A stretch of 62,897 bases of DNA, filler included, from Globobulimina sp. (lineage: Eukaryota), in NCBI GenBank assembly GCA_003354225.1. It is 48 parts of 48 records of this genome, joined end to end, with 100 filler letters (N's around TTAATTAATTAA, not from the genome) between each part and the next. Parts side by side here need not be neighbours in the genome. Positions count along the whole stretch, not along the records: positions 36,765 to 37,976 come from PIVH01020867.1; positions 38,077 to 39,288 come from PIVH01020868.1; positions 39,389 to 40,600 come from PIVH01020869.1; positions 40,701 to 41,912 come from PIVH01020870.1; positions 42,013 to 43,224 come from PIVH01020871.1; positions 43,325 to 44,536 come from PIVH01020872.1; positions 44,637 to 45,848 come from PIVH01020873.1; positions 45,949 to 47,160 come from PIVH01020874.1; 40 more parts are not named here. One strand, written 5' to 3'. Position 1 is the stretch's first letter. Each line of letters begins with the position of its first letter. Under the pieces are notes generated by a model. It ran no database searches. It had not been told where the DNA came from and was given only the letters and a program-made list of their open reading frames with translations. Below, piece after piece: positions 37,911 to 50,026 of the stretch. Position numbers and translations under genes: made by a program.

Positions 37911-39388
37911 TATCTAATCATATATTTACGAAATGGTGGAGCTGTCAAGGGCTAATATATATAATATATATAATATNNNNNNNNNNNNNNNNNNNNNNNN
38001 NNNNNNNNNNNNNNNNNNNNTTAATTAATTAANNNNNNNNNNNNNNNNNNNNNNNNNNNNNNNNNNNNNNNNNNNNCATTAGCTTCGAGGCATACAAACC
38101 ATGGCCATGCACACAATTACAATTATCTTCAAAACCCAATGATTTTCAGGTGATTACATTTGAATTAAATCCTGTATTTATTCTGTCGACTGCGCGAAAT
38201 GAACAAGCTTTTTATGCAAATCTTAAGCAATATTATACAGATAAAAAATTAAAGCCACTTATCAGCTGACAGTGACAAATAATATTTTACAAAATGAATT
38301 AAAGCGAAAAGTAAAGGAAGCAGCACCAGAACCAATAGATATAAATACCTGTCTTAAGAAAGAAGAACAATTAAAAAAAGAACAAGTGCGACTGCGACGT
38401 ATAAAACATCCTAAAACTCGGCAAAACCACTCACAAATCGCCTGCACCAGATGTTGGAAGGCGATGGCAAGGTTTGTATATATGTCAGGAATAATTATTA
38501 ACATTATGATACATTACAGATGCAATGAGAACGTACCGGCGGTGTGATCGTTGCGTACGAATTGGTTATATTCAGATTGTGTGGACCGTCCATCATCATC
38601 ACGAAGACGAAGAGGAAGACATTTATATCATAGCGATATTGATAAAGCTGTTCGTGTCAAGCTAAGCGTGACACCGTTAACAACCGTCAAAATGATACAA
38701 AATAAAATATCGCGAATAATATTCAATTATTTTTAGAAATAAAGTCGAATTCGAATACTGTTCAAAGACAATATTTATGGCACACTGCATCTGAGACCAT
38801 CGGGAATATTAATTGTGACAGATGCTGTCGTTGGGAAATTGTGCCATATGATACTTTATCAAATGTCCATTATGGTATGTTTCAAATATCTGTTTATCAA
38901 AACACACAGAAACGGGCATTTTTGGGGGCGAAACCAGTTTTATTTAATTTTCCAAATGCTCCGGTTTTTGAAGTATATATTCGAGTTTATGGCAATTCAG
39001 CTTATGATGAGAAACAAAGTGAGAATGATGAAACCTTCAAAGTGAATGAATTAATGGCGAGTTTGAAATATTTTGCAGAACATCCATTGAATGGAAATAA
39101 ATATCAGAGGATTACTGATAAATTCGCAGCAAAGGATGCGTATTCGTTTGTTATTATGGATAAAAAAGATATATCTAACAAAAGATTTAAATGTTATGAT
39201 ATGGAGAATATTTATGCTGCAGTATTTGACAAAAATGTCAGATTGTGTCATGTGAATGTTTTGATTGTGCGGAATGATAAGCAATTATNNNNNNNNNNNN
39301 NNNNNNNNNNNNNNNNNNNNNNNNNNNNNNNNTTAATTAATTAANNNNNNNNNNNNNNNNNNNNNNNNNNNNNNNNNNNNNNNNNNNN

Positions 39389-39835
39389 AATCAATTAATG
39401 CGATTAAAAGGATTAAGTCAAGAAACCATTGGCATTAAAAAACAATTTCAATCAAAAAGCAATTTTAAATCTGCAGTAAGACAATTATCAAACATCAATA
39501 ATTTCCAATCTCCAATCAACAAATTGGGAGTTCTAAAGCAAACATTTACGTTAATCCGAGATTGTATTGAACAAAACAAAAAGAATCACAATGAATCAGA
39601 TATAAAAAAAGAAGAAATGGCATTAACCACTGATGATATGTTATCATTATTTACTTTTGTTTTAATACATTCAAATATTAAATACATAGTATCCAACAAT
39701 GAATATTTAAAATATTTTTATTTTCAATTACATTGTACTGCCCATTTAGATTATTATGCTGCCACATTTCAAGCTACAATGTTATATATAAAAAATCAAT
39801 TATTTCAATCCGACACAAGTACAAATGGATGGTGA
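39389..39835 (+). CDS. VPS9-domain Rab5-family GEF, C-terminus
   Basis: AVRQLSNI..SPINKL, LTTDDMLSLFTFVLIHSN and YYAATFQATMLYI. Confidence 0.88.
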   Translation, partial: NQLMRLKGLSQETIGIKKQFQSKSNFKSAVRQLSNINNFQSPINKLGVLKQTFTLIRDCIEQNKKNHNESDIKKEEMALTTDDMLSLFTFVLIHSNIKYIVSNNEYLKYFYFQLHCTAHLDYYAATFQATMLYIKNQLFQSDTSTNGW

Positions 39836-39997
39836 TGGATGGTGATGGTGAATTGATTCAATTCATGACGTGTTTTTTTTTAATTTTCCTTTTTTTTTTA
39901 TATATAAAACAATTGTTCGACAGGCAGAAGAAAACAAAATGATATTTATTTTTATTATAATAAATAAAATAAAGCAAAACAAAACATGTTAAAATGT

Positions 39998-40600
39998 TTA
40001 TTGATCATCACCCAATGACTCGACATTTGCATTTAAATCAACATCGTTTCCTGTAATTTGCTTATAAATCCTCATAACGTCTTTGGTGGTTTGTTCAAAA
40101 TGCGTGGTCGCGTCCATTGAAGATGGAATGAATACGTTATCATTTTCTTGAGCATTCATAGCTTCAAATGTATCATTGACAGTAAAAAAATCCTTTATCA
40201 CTCCACCTAATAATCGATAAGCAATTCTTAACTCTTTTTTTGGATCATTCGTATAAACCTGAGCCGATATCATAGCAAGCCACCTATTTTTGGGCGCAAC
40301 CTGCAACTCCGAGGATTGTACAGAGATATAAATATCCGATTTATGTCCCGTTTGTTTTGTTGGTAATATAATCTGTGCAGAATGCGAATTATTTGTACCA
40401 CCCACGGGATGATCCAAAATACATAACCATCGGGCCACGGTGCCAGTTTTTTGCACTTTTTTACTATCAAGAAAATAAGAAGGATCCCCAATTAATTGTG
40501 TACATTCAGCTTGGCCCTCATTTTTAACTTTTACACCGCATACTTTGCCGCTCTGCTCATCATATAATATTTTCTCGATTTCCCTCCGCAACATATATAC
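39998..40600 (-). CDS. GDI1: Rab GDP-dissociation inhibitor, C-terminus
   Basis: LIGDPSYF, CILDHPV..T.NSHSAQIILP.KQ..HKSDIYI and SSMDATTHFE.T..DV..IYKQITG. Confidence 0.93.
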   Translation of the reverse strand, partial: VYMLRREIEKILYDEQSGKVCGVKVKNEGQAECTQLIGDPSYFLDSKKVQKTGTVARWLCILDHPVGGTNNSHSAQIILPTKQTGHKSDIYISVQSSELQVAPKNRWLAMISAQVYTNDPKKELRIAYRLLGGVIKDFFTVNDTFEAMNAQENDNVFIPSSMDATTHFEQTTKDVMRIYKQITGNDVDLNANVESLGDDQ

Positions 40601-40700
40601 NNNNNNNNNNNNNNNNNNNNNNNNNNNNNNNNNNNNNNNNNNNNTTAATTAATTAANNNNNNNNNNNNNNNNNNNNNNNNNNNNNNNNNNNNNNNNNNNN

Positions 40701-41912
40701 TGAATGGGATATAAAACATAGTAATTACCAACAAAGCATAGTAACAGAGCTACAAAAACGTTATAAAGTCGATAAGAATGGAAACATTCTATTGACAGAT
40801 TGGGAAGCAACGGTCGCGAAATGGAGTGATGATTTGTTGCATTTCAAACAGAATATCATTGAACAATTAATGAGCGAATTAGAACTTGAGTCGGCGTATG
40901 ATTTTGAAATCGATAATGATGAAAAAATGAGTGATAAACAACAATCAAAAACAAATAATAATGTGGCAATTACGGCGCTATCGCAGCATAACCGGAGCAA
41001 CGGAAATGAGGCGGAAACAGAAATTGCAAACAATTCGAAACAAAATCTATCGTTTGGTCTAGAAATATTTGACCAAAAACACAAAAGAGCACAGATTGAA
41101 GATTTGATTTTGTGGATGCATAACAACAATGGAGCTGCGATTAAATATAAAGAGGCTGAGCAGATGTTGGAGTATTGCGGATATAACGAAAAAATCTGTT
41201 TAGCATTGATTGATAACGGAAACATTGTACGTGAATCAGATGGAGTTAAACTGTCTGGTATGGAGACCTATGAAATAACTAAGAATAATGACGGGATATC
41301 TGGGGGAAAATTCACATTCTAACTATGATGAATCAATCCAAGCCCACACACAGTCATTTTAATAGTCACTGCAATAACTTCTCTTGCAATGACTATATTG
41401 TTACAAATGAGAAGCACTGTAATAATCAGAATGTTTCTGTACGGAACGACATTGAGACGTCATTTCGTACGGAATTTGATGATAGAAACTGTACAAAAAT
41501 GAGCATAGACAATCAATGTATTGAGAACGACAATGTATTCGATAATAATGATGAGATTTTGGATGACATTTTATGTGAATATGAGCTAAAAAATGATATG
41601 CTTTTGAATCGCAAACAAGGTCTTTTGATATGTCAATGGAATGTGGATGGTTTCACAATTAATTCACGATCACATATTCATTGCATTATTTTAGATAAAA
41701 AACCAGATATATTCATATTGCAAGAAGTGTATAAGAATTACAATGAAAATGAGGCAGAATCAACGATTAAAATCAAGAATTATCAAACCTTCACGAATAA
41801 AAAGAAGGGATACGGCAAAGTTGTCGTGTTATTACGCAATGGCATCCATTTTGAACGCGTTAATATCAAATTTAAACATAATACGATGATCGATAAAAAA
41901 ATAGCAAATCTC
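40701..41912 (+). mobile_element. Non-LTR retrotransposon (LINE)-like: upstream ORF ending 41322 plus ORF with APE endonuclease start
   Basis: LLICQWNVDG, PDIFILQEV, IKNYQTF and GKVVVLLRNGI are EEP/APE motifs. The two ORFs are 2 nt apart. Confidence 0.75.
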
Positions 41913-42012
41913 NNNNNNNNNNNNNNNNNNNNNNNNNNNNNNNNNNNNNNNNNNNNTTAATTAATTAANNNNNNNNNNNNNNNNNNNNNNNNNNNNNNNN
42001 NNNNNNNNNNNN

Positions 42013-43224
42013 AATATCTCCGCCATCATCTCCATTGATTTATCCATCATCACCACCCTCGACAGACACAGCACCACAGCCACAACAAACGCCACCGCCA
42101 CCGCCACCATCGCAGTCTCCAGTGCAAATGGCACAAAATAAACTGCCATCATCCTGCTCAAAGTATCTACTTAACCGTAAAAAAGCCGTTCATTACTTGC
42201 AATCTGCAGGAAAAATAGTGGTAATTTGCAATTTGGCCTTACAAGATTTAGAGCTCTATATTCCACACATTAACTTAAAGAAACTCATAAAATACATAAT
42301 CACGGCTGGCATGAATGCACCAAACACGCGTCCAAACCAACACAAAACTAAATATATTTTAAAATCGACGTTATGGAAACCAATATTCCAACGTTGGGTT
42401 ATAAACAGTTTAATAGATAGTGGCTCCTCCGATGTATTGGGGCATTCTGCCAAACACATAACAAATATACGGCGAGGCGCTGATACCATTATCAATGTGT
42501 TGACATATTATATGCGGTTAACCACCAATACAAAAAAGAAAAAGAAGAATGAAGCTCAAAAGCAAAATGAATTAACCAAACCAAGTTGGGAATGCATGGA
42601 GAATGGACCGAAAATGTTTACATTGAAAGGGGAGTCCTCGGATGAAGATGGCGATAAATCGTCGCAATCTGATACCGATAAAACAGAGAAGGATTCAGGC
42701 GATAAAAAGAAAAAAGCGATTGCTAAATATTATGATAAATGGAAGGGGATTTATGGCGAAGACGTGAGTCATTTGACAGCATTTATGATTCAGAAAAGAT
42801 GTGTTGAAAAATATGAGATATGCTGTGATATTGCACGGTATTATTTTATTAACGATAATTGGAAGAAAGGCAAGAAATGGTTTAATCGAAGCAATCGATG
42901 GTATTTACGCGTGGATCAAAAGAATTTAAATAAACAAAAAGGATTAAAGTTCGATGATATGATTAGTAATAAACGATATAAATGGGAGAATATTTCAAAT
43001 ATTATTCGTGTTTTGAATGTTATTTTACGAGTGAATGGGAATGGAAATAAAAATAGTTTGTATGATAATGTGTATGAATGCATTGAAAGTATTGTTGATA
43101 AACAAAATAGAAATACTGATTATAATTTGTGCGGATTACTGTTGGATATTTGTGCGGAGAAAACATCATTGGATAGGTTAAGTGTGTCATTGTTAACTGT
43201 TTGGCTGAATGAAGTGAAATATTT
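42013..43224 (+). CDS. Hypothetical protein, Pro-rich N-terminal region, partial
   Basis: The ORF spans the whole contig. No family confidently recognised. Confidence 0.6.
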
Positions 43225-45117
43225 NNNNNNNNNNNNNNNNNNNNNNNNNNNNNNNNNNNNNNNNNNNNTTAATTAATTAANNNNNNNNNNNNNNNNNNNN
43301 NNNNNNNNNNNNNNNNNNNNNNNNAAAATAAAACAATTCATTTTTTTTTGATTGGACAATGTCTTACAAACGCAATCATTGTATAGTAAATTTTGTTGTG
43401 CATTTAAATTATATTTACATTTAAATACTAATCATAAACACCGTATTTCAGATGAACAATTTTCAGACTCAGAACAGATTCCAATGTCCCAGATTGAAAA
43501 ATATACAACATTGTTTGAATAAAATATGACACCGCATTCCAACGATATATCGTAGCTTGTGCGATGATAGATATATCATACCTTGTGGCGATGATAGAAC
43601 TGCTGACAAGATTTGGATGCATCCAATCATACACTGTGATACATTTTATGACTGTAATTGGTGATAAATGAGTCCAATTTGTTGTCAATTATTAAATTCA
43701 TACTCTATTGTATCCCAATTGCATTCAATTGGATCAATTGTAGTCCTATCAACCAGGTTATCTCACTGAATAATGCAGTGGAATCAAGGTTTTCAAATCT
43801 ATGTGAATGTATTTGTTCCATGAATCTATGATTTGTTCATCTAACGTCAAATTTGAATTAGTTTGATCGAATGATAGTATTTCTAATGTGTCTTTCCAAT
43901 AACAATCATTTTTGCATTTGATATTTCATTATAATATTTTTGCATGTCAGTAATATAGATTATAAAAATGAATAATCTGTAACCTAAGTCTCAGAACCTT
44001 CTTATCGCTGAATTGATATGTATACATATTAAGTGTTTCTACTATATAAATGCACATTTATATATCATTATTACATGAACAATACAATTTTAATAATCAA
44101 AGGAATATTTGGAAAGAAACAACAAGATCTTGTTGATAATGATATATCTTTGATGTTGATTTGATGTCTGCGGATCTTTTGCACACACTCATTTTTTTGG
44201 CAGCAATTGTATAACTAACGATAATGTTTGATTATATATTGCATTGCATAAAATATATACATATATGATTGAGTGATAATTAGTCTCCAATAAATAAATA
44301 AAAAAAGGTCGGTCTCTTCTCTTTCAGAATGTGGAGAGAGGCAGCTAAACGACACAGATTTCAGAGAAATAAATTCCTCGTCGGGTAGTGCCAATAGCGC
44401 GATCATCGAAATGCATCCATTATTTTAGAAACAATGAATAACATTCAAAAGCGGTGTATTTAGACTGATAAAATCAGTCCGTACATGGCCTCACGCTCAA
44501 CCTCTGCTCACTATTACGATATAAATATCTTTGTTCNNNNNNNNNNNNNNNNNNNNNNNNNNNNNNNNNNNNNNNNNNNNTTAATTAATTAANNNNNNNN
44601 NNNNNNNNNNNNNNNNNNNNNNNNNNNNNNNNNNNNGGTGAAATAAATCCGAATGAACAAAGTTGTCAGATGCTTTATTCTCCGAATCGATCCAATGATA
44701 TTAAAAACATAGTTAATAATTTGGATCTCCTCCCTGTGTGTCCCCTGTGTGTTGTATTCTTCGCACATAAAGCAAGTGGCTGACGTGAACTTTGCAGTTG
44801 GAACGTTGTTCTCAAACTGGTTTGACATTCTCCGTATATGCACCAAAAGAGAATGTTTTTTTATAACTTGTTTTTTAAACCCAATCATGGAGCTGCGTTT
44901 ATGAGATATAAAGTCGTGAATAATCAGATACAATCCAATTGCGTGAATAAGCAAATAATACCCCCTGACGTAAGAATTCTATTTAAAAACCTTTACTTTC
45001 AACCTTACTTACTTCCTCTAATCCTCTCATTAAAACTCCTTCTCTCAAGTTGAGAATAAATTCTAATCCTAGCTCTCATTAAAAGAGTCTCAACTGCACA
45101 TAAGTTATAACTCGAGA

Positions 45118-45196
45118 TACAGTAGTGTTCCCGATAAGATATACGCATATGAGTAGCTAATATATATTAGATATACAGTGATGTATCGGATAAGAT
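45118..45196 (+). repeat. Dispersed repeat end TA|CAGTAGTGTTCCCGATAAGA, copy 2, plus a degenerate second end (tacagtgatgtatcggataagat, 45174-45196)
   Basis: Matches 37859-37910. Confidence 0.7.
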
Positions 45197-45721
45197 GAAG
45201 ACAAAATGATCAAAATATTGATATGATCAAATATTACTGGACGAACTTTTCCATCCAATTTTTTTTTTTCCAAATGATCATGATATGATAAATATGATCA
45301 TGATATATGATCATAATATAATCAAACACATAGACGATGAACCGAGTTACCATTTTTTGAGTGGACTGAAATTTTATTTTTTCATTTTTGTTCACTTTTT
45401 TTATCACTTTTTTTTTGAGTGATATTATCAGATTTTCTAGAGATTAGTATGGGACATCTTCGAAATTGTGGTTAATTTTGAGGATTTTGGCGATTTTGGA
45501 GGTGCGATATTAGAGAATTATGAACAGTTTTGAATTTTCTTTTTCTATAGAGTTAGATGTTTGTTTGGAAACGTTTATTTGCCGGATGTGAACAGTGTAA
45601 ATTCAATTTATTTGACAAGTTATTCAAGAAAAAGAGCATCTCCGGATTATGATGAAATAATTAGAATGTAGCTGAGAGTTTTTTTAGAAATTTATTAAGC
45701 CACATGATAGAAGAAACCCGC

Positions 45722-45803
45722 TGACGCCAAGCTCAATTGGCAGAGCATTGGTTTAAATGGATTGCAAACCAAATGGATGTAGGTTCAAATCCTACGGCGA
45801 TGA
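45722..45803 (+). ncRNA. tRNA-like element (pseudo-tRNA or tRNA-derived SINE head)
   Basis: D arm GCTC-AATTGGCA-GAGC, stem TTGGT/ACCAA around a 15-nt loop, T arm GTAGG-TTCAAAT-CCTAC, and a partial acceptor stem CGCC/GGCG. Confidence 0.75.
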
Positions 45804-45948
45804 CATTACCGACGAGAAGACATATTTATCACCACCAAAATCTCTCGANNNNNNNNNNNNNNNNNNNNNNNNNNNNNNNNNNNNNNNNNNNNTTAATTAA
45901 TTAANNNNNNNNNNNNNNNNNNNNNNNNNNNNNNNNNNNNNNNNNNNN

Positions 45949-46073
45949 TGTATGAACAATTATATTATTCTGGAATATGTGATGATCAATGGGACGGAAA
46001 AACTCCAGATAATGGAGCAGATATGGTGAGAGATTTTAAAGGTTGGAAAATCATATATGAGGGTGTTTTATAA
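45949..46073 (+). CDS. 3' end of phage gene, unknown function
   Basis: Open frame YEQLYYSGICDDQWDGKTPD..YEGVL* ending just before the terminator. Confidence 0.5.
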
Positions 46074-46078
46074 AATTT

Positions 46079-46115
46079 AAAACTCACATTAGTTAATTCT
46101 AATGTGAGTTTTTTT
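46079..46115. terminator. Bidirectional intrinsic terminator
   Basis: aaaactcacattag-ttaatt-ctaatgtgagtttt(ttt) is a perfect 14-bp stem between convergent genes. Confidence 0.9.
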
Positions 46116-46116
46116 A

Positions 46117-46437
46117 TTAATAATTATAAAAGTTATATAATTTTCTTTGAGCTTCTTTAATAGATTCTGCATAACCTAAAATTTTATAAGCTACAGTGCC
46201 ATCTATTAATTTGGTTTTTTCTAATTCAGATTTGTGTATATCGTTTGTTGTAAAAAATTGATTCTTAAATTTTAATCCTTCTAATAATATATATTTCTTA
46301 TTTTGTTCTTCTCCATTCATAATATCTTCTAATTTTGTTTTTATATCAACAAATAGAAATATTTGATTGTGATCAAGTTTTCCATCTCTTGCTTTATCTT
46401 CGTAATATTTAATTAATTCTTTAATTTGTTCCTTCAT
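46117..46437 (-). CDS. Small phage hypothetical protein (106 aa)
   Basis: AAGGAG RBS upstream of the ATG. Ends at the terminator. Confidence 0.8.
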   Translation of the reverse strand: MKEQIKELIKYYEDKARDGKLDHNQIFLFVDIKTKLEDIMNGEEQNKKYILLEGLKFKNQFFTTNDIHKSELEKTKLIDGTVAYKILGYAESIKEAQRKLYNFYNY

Positions 46438-46465
46438 TTTATTTCTCCTTAAAAGTTAATCTTAA

Positions 46466-46663
46466 TTAAACAACACTAATATATTTTTCATTGAATTGGT
46501 AAATGCCTTTTCTGCTACCAACAGAATTGTCTTTTGTAATATTAATCCAAACATGACCATCTACAAGTTTTTTATTGTTTTGAGACTTTGCGATGAAACC
46601 AAAATCACTTTCAGAGTTTTTGTTGTTATTAACTTTTACTTTAGTTCCGATTGAGTTTTTCAT
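46466..46663 (-). CDS. Small phage hypothetical protein (65 aa, possible SH3-like beta fold)
   Basis: AAGGAG RBS upstream of the ATG. IGTKVKV..GFIAK..VWINI pattern. Confidence 0.75.
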   Translation of the reverse strand: MKNSIGTKVKVNNNKNSESDFGFIAKSQNNKKLVDGHVWINITKDNSVGSRKGIYQFNEKYISVV

Positions 46664-46703
46664 TTTGTTCTCCTTGTTAATAATTAATGTTGATCTTAAT
46701 TAA

Positions 46704-46732
46704 ACAATAACATAGGTAAAAAATCGTGTCAA
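46704..46732 (-). promoter_or_regulatory. Sigma70-type promoter for the two small ORFs
   Basis: TTGACA (46732-46727), 17-nt spacer, TATTGT (46709-46704) with an upstream TG. Confidence 0.75.
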
Positions 46733-46783
46733 CAGTTAAATGTAAATAAAAATAAAATAATGTTAAAATAATAGGATAAATAT

Positions 46784-47160
46784 ATGTTACAGTGGCCTGA
46801 TGCTTTAGATAAAACCAATGCTCCGTTTATTAAATTTGTTGCATATGAGTGGAAATCGAGAGGAAAAAGAACTCAAAATGCCCAGTCAAACAAATCGGTG
46901 GTTGAATCAATATTTTTGCCTATTTCAAGAAATGGAATGACTGAAACAATAACAAACAACTGGGATGCTTCAGAAAATATGTCTAATACTTCTGCGGGCA
47001 ATTTTTTAAAATCTGCTATTGGAAAAAAAGTAAAAGATTTAGCACCTGGGTTAGCAAAATTTGCTGAATATCAAACGGGACAAATATTAAATGACTTTTC
47101 GGCACTCACATATAATGGAAATAATTTTCGTGAATTTTCTCTTAGTTATGATTTAATTCC
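46784..47160 (+). CDS. T4-like baseplate tail-tube cap (gp48-like), N-terminal part
   Basis: MLQWP..FIKFVAYEW, SIFLPI..ETITNNWD and ILND..LTYNGNNFREFSLSYDLIP resemble the gp48 family. AGGA RBS. Confidence 0.72.
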
Positions 47161-47863
47161 NNNNNNNNNNNNNNNNNNNNNNNNNNNNNNNNNNNNNNNN
47201 NNNNTTAATTAATTAANNNNNNNNNNNNNNNNNNNNNNNNNNNNNNNNNNNNNNNNNNNNTATATTGTAAACGAGAATGCGATTTAATCGGCACTTAAGC
47301 TGAATGGTGATAGGGGATTTTTGCTGCTCCGTTTCCGGCCTCACACCATACTCCCTCTTATTATCAACCCCGAAGATATTGCACAATATAAATATAAATA
47401 TCACACAATATTTGTTAGCCATACTTTCGAGTGGCTATCAGTGTCAGTCACACATCAATAAGTTACAAAGTGATTACACATTCCTTGTATAAGCAATGAT
47501 GGCTTTCTTATTAATCTTACATATTACTTCACATCTTCTTGTTTTAAATGGCATCCAATAAAATCATATTTAAACCTCAACAATTGTGACATTTTACATT
47601 TATGGGAAAGATTTGTGTTCCACTGCTATTTCATTATCATTGGAGTTTTGTACGTGCTTTTGATGCGTGTTTCAAATTCGCTTGTTCAATTATTTAGAAA
47701 CGCGTTATTGAAGTCAATCATCTTTTACATCAACGCAATCAATAACAATATAAGAACACAAAAGTTATTTAACTAATCAAAAATAAAAATATACGGATTG
47801 GGCGACAGCATATAAAAATGCTCAAAGTAAAATAACGGATATCCCTTTGAATAAACATTTGAG

Positions 47864-48472
47864 TCATGCTCTTTGTGATGATTTACTTTTGTCGACGTTG
47901 GATTTGGATTCGGTTTTCGATAAAACTCCTTTCGATGAATGAGTTCTTATATCCTGCATATTGGCAGCCAAATTTCCGATAAATAGTTCTTTTGGAAAGC
48001 AACAGCAACAACAATTATATACAAATTATGTGGAAATTACAATATCTAAGGCAGCCCAGGCCGGTGCCATAAAACATAAACCTCCCAAAATTATAACAGA
48101 AACAGACGACATTACAGCAATAAAATAAATCTGCACGGTTTTGTGTGGAATTCTGTTGATTTATCTTTTATTTAAAATAATAATTGGTCTGACAAATAAA
48201 ATTGTATTGACAACAGTATATAGCGATGATAAGTAAATCACTGATAAGTTGTAGCGACATTCACCAGCACCGACTGAATATATTGTATTCATTTTAATAT
48301 TAATTCATTATCATATTTGAGATTAAAGGTGTTTTGGAATAGCTTATATTTGTATATGCATTTTGAAACGATTTTTAAATACATGTTTTAAATGGTATAA
48401 TCCGATTATTATCTCCAATATAAATCCTAAGATACAGATAATCCAACTTAACACAGCACGGACAGGTTGTAA
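47864..48472 (-). pseudogene. Multi-TM (GPCR-like) gene remnant with two in-frame TAA codons
   Basis: One frame reads TILFVRPIIILNKR*INRIPHKTVQIYFIAVMSSVSVIILGG..WAALDIVIST*FVYNCCCCF..QRA(TGA). Confidence 0.5.
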
Positions 48473-48572
48473 NNNNNNNNNNNNNNNNNNNNNNNNNNNN
48501 NNNNNNNNNNNNNNNNTTAATTAATTAANNNNNNNNNNNNNNNNNNNNNNNNNNNNNNNNNNNNNNNNNNNN

Positions 48573-49372
48573 GTTTTGACCTCGGCGCGTAACACATTGT
48601 CTAAATATGTTATCTGTTCTTGCGAGGATTCTTGTAACGCGCTCAAGTTCGAATGCATTGAATCACGGAATTTCTCGAAAAATAATTTGAACGAATTTTG
48701 AAATTCTGCTTGATTTTTTTGATTCGAGTTTATTATGTCTAAGATGGATGAATTTTGGGTTTGCGCTCTTTTCTGCGAATCAACCACTAATTCTTGCAAA
48801 TGCGATACTTTTTGATCAGTGATCGTTCTCAATGAGGTGATTGAATTTGAATTTTGAATGTTGTAATCATTGCATTGGTTCATGGCCGATGTCATTGCCT
48901 CATTGAAATTGTTTTGTAAATTGCTTGATAATATTTGCATTGAATCACGTATATCTGAAATTTCTTTATTTATGAAACTCGTTTCTTGTCTGGCTTTGTT
49001 TGTGGTTTTATGTATATCGTATACTAACCTTTCGGTAATGATGTGTTGTTTGGAGGTAAAATCTTTATTTGATTCTTTTATTGTTGTGATTGTTTTGGAC
49101 AATGCGCCAATATTTACATTATTGTTATGGTTATCTGATTCTATTTTATTCATTCGTGCCGTTAATGATTCAAATGCATGAATTAAGCGCGCAGTGGCTT
49201 TCTCCATATAAAATATACGATTCTCAAGTTTTATATTTGATTCAACATTTTTTTTTGGAGACATTATCGAATTATTTACATTGTGATTTCTTGGCGTTCG
49301 ATCATTCAAAGCTCGATCGTTCAAAGCAGGTAAAAAATTGGATGTGGATCTCATGCTCAATACCAATATCAA
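48573..49372 (-). CDS. Coiled-coil protein, partial
   Basis: Long heptad-like N/Q/S/E-rich ORF. Confidence 0.6.
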
Positions 49373-49574
49373 TATACCTGATTAATTAACAAAAAAAGAG
49401 AAAAGAAACTCAGCATTCGGAGAATATTGGAGATTCCCTCATAATCCATAGATAGACTTTTTAATATAATATCAAACATACCATGTCTCAAAATAGTGAC
49501 TCTCCAGGTATTTATTTTTTTATTTTCTTACTACAAAAAACCTTTTGCTCAACACAAACACACACCCATTAAAA

Positions 49575-49784
49575 ATGGCACATAAATTTGGTCCTCGCGA
49601 AGCACGCGCATCTTTATTTGTTCGTGGTGTTCCGTTCCACATTCGTCGTTCCCAATTGGAGCAAGTATTCGCACATCATGGCGAAATCCGCGATGTGTAC
49701 ATTCCATTGGATTATTACACCCGTGAACCACGTGGATTCGCCTACGTTGAATTCGAAGATGAGCGCGATGCCAGATATGCATTA
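49575..49784 (+). CDS. SR splicing factor RRM (SRSF10/SRSF12/SCL-like), partial
   Basis: SLFVRGV..FAHHGEIRDVYIPLDYYTREPRGFAYVEFEDERDA. Confidence 0.92.
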
Positions 49785-50026
49785 NNNNNNNNNNNNNNNN
49801 NNNNNNNNNNNNNNNNNNNNNNNNNNNNTTAATTAATTAANNNNNNNNNNNNNNNNNNNNNNNNNNNNNNNNNNNNNNNNNNNNTTTTTGTATCTTTAGT
49901 TCTGATACAGAGGCTGTTTATTGGTATAATATAAATGGAAAATAAATGTTATTTCATAGCATCTGTGTTGTATTTGTATCAAAAATTAACATTTAATATT
50001 TCAAACTGGTTATTCTGACAAATTAA

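Noticed and set aside
38077..39288. Coherent gene model across several short plus-strand ORFs
   Set aside because: The frames could not be joined by convincing splice sites, and no family was recognised.
42013..43224. Integrator subunit 8 identity for the long ORF
   Set aside because: The resemblance is limited to one short helical motif, which is not enough to call.
43325..44536. Coding remnants on the minus strand
   Set aside because: Short, stop-ridden frames without recognisable motifs.
45745..45775. Suppressor tRNA that could explain the TAG at 9970
   Set aside because: No CTA or TTA anticodon can be placed in register. The element is a eukaryotic repeat on an unrelated contig.
46741..46783. 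T4 late promoter (TATAAATA) before the gp48-like gene
   Set aside because: Only imperfect matches (TGTAAATA, GATAAATA) occur in very AT-rich DNA.
47864..48300. TAA reassigned to an amino acid (ciliate-type code), given two in-frame TAAs
   Set aside because: Other eukaryotic genes here end at TAA at the expected positions (P5CDH, GDI), and long ORFs have no internal TAA. Pseudogene decay is simpler.
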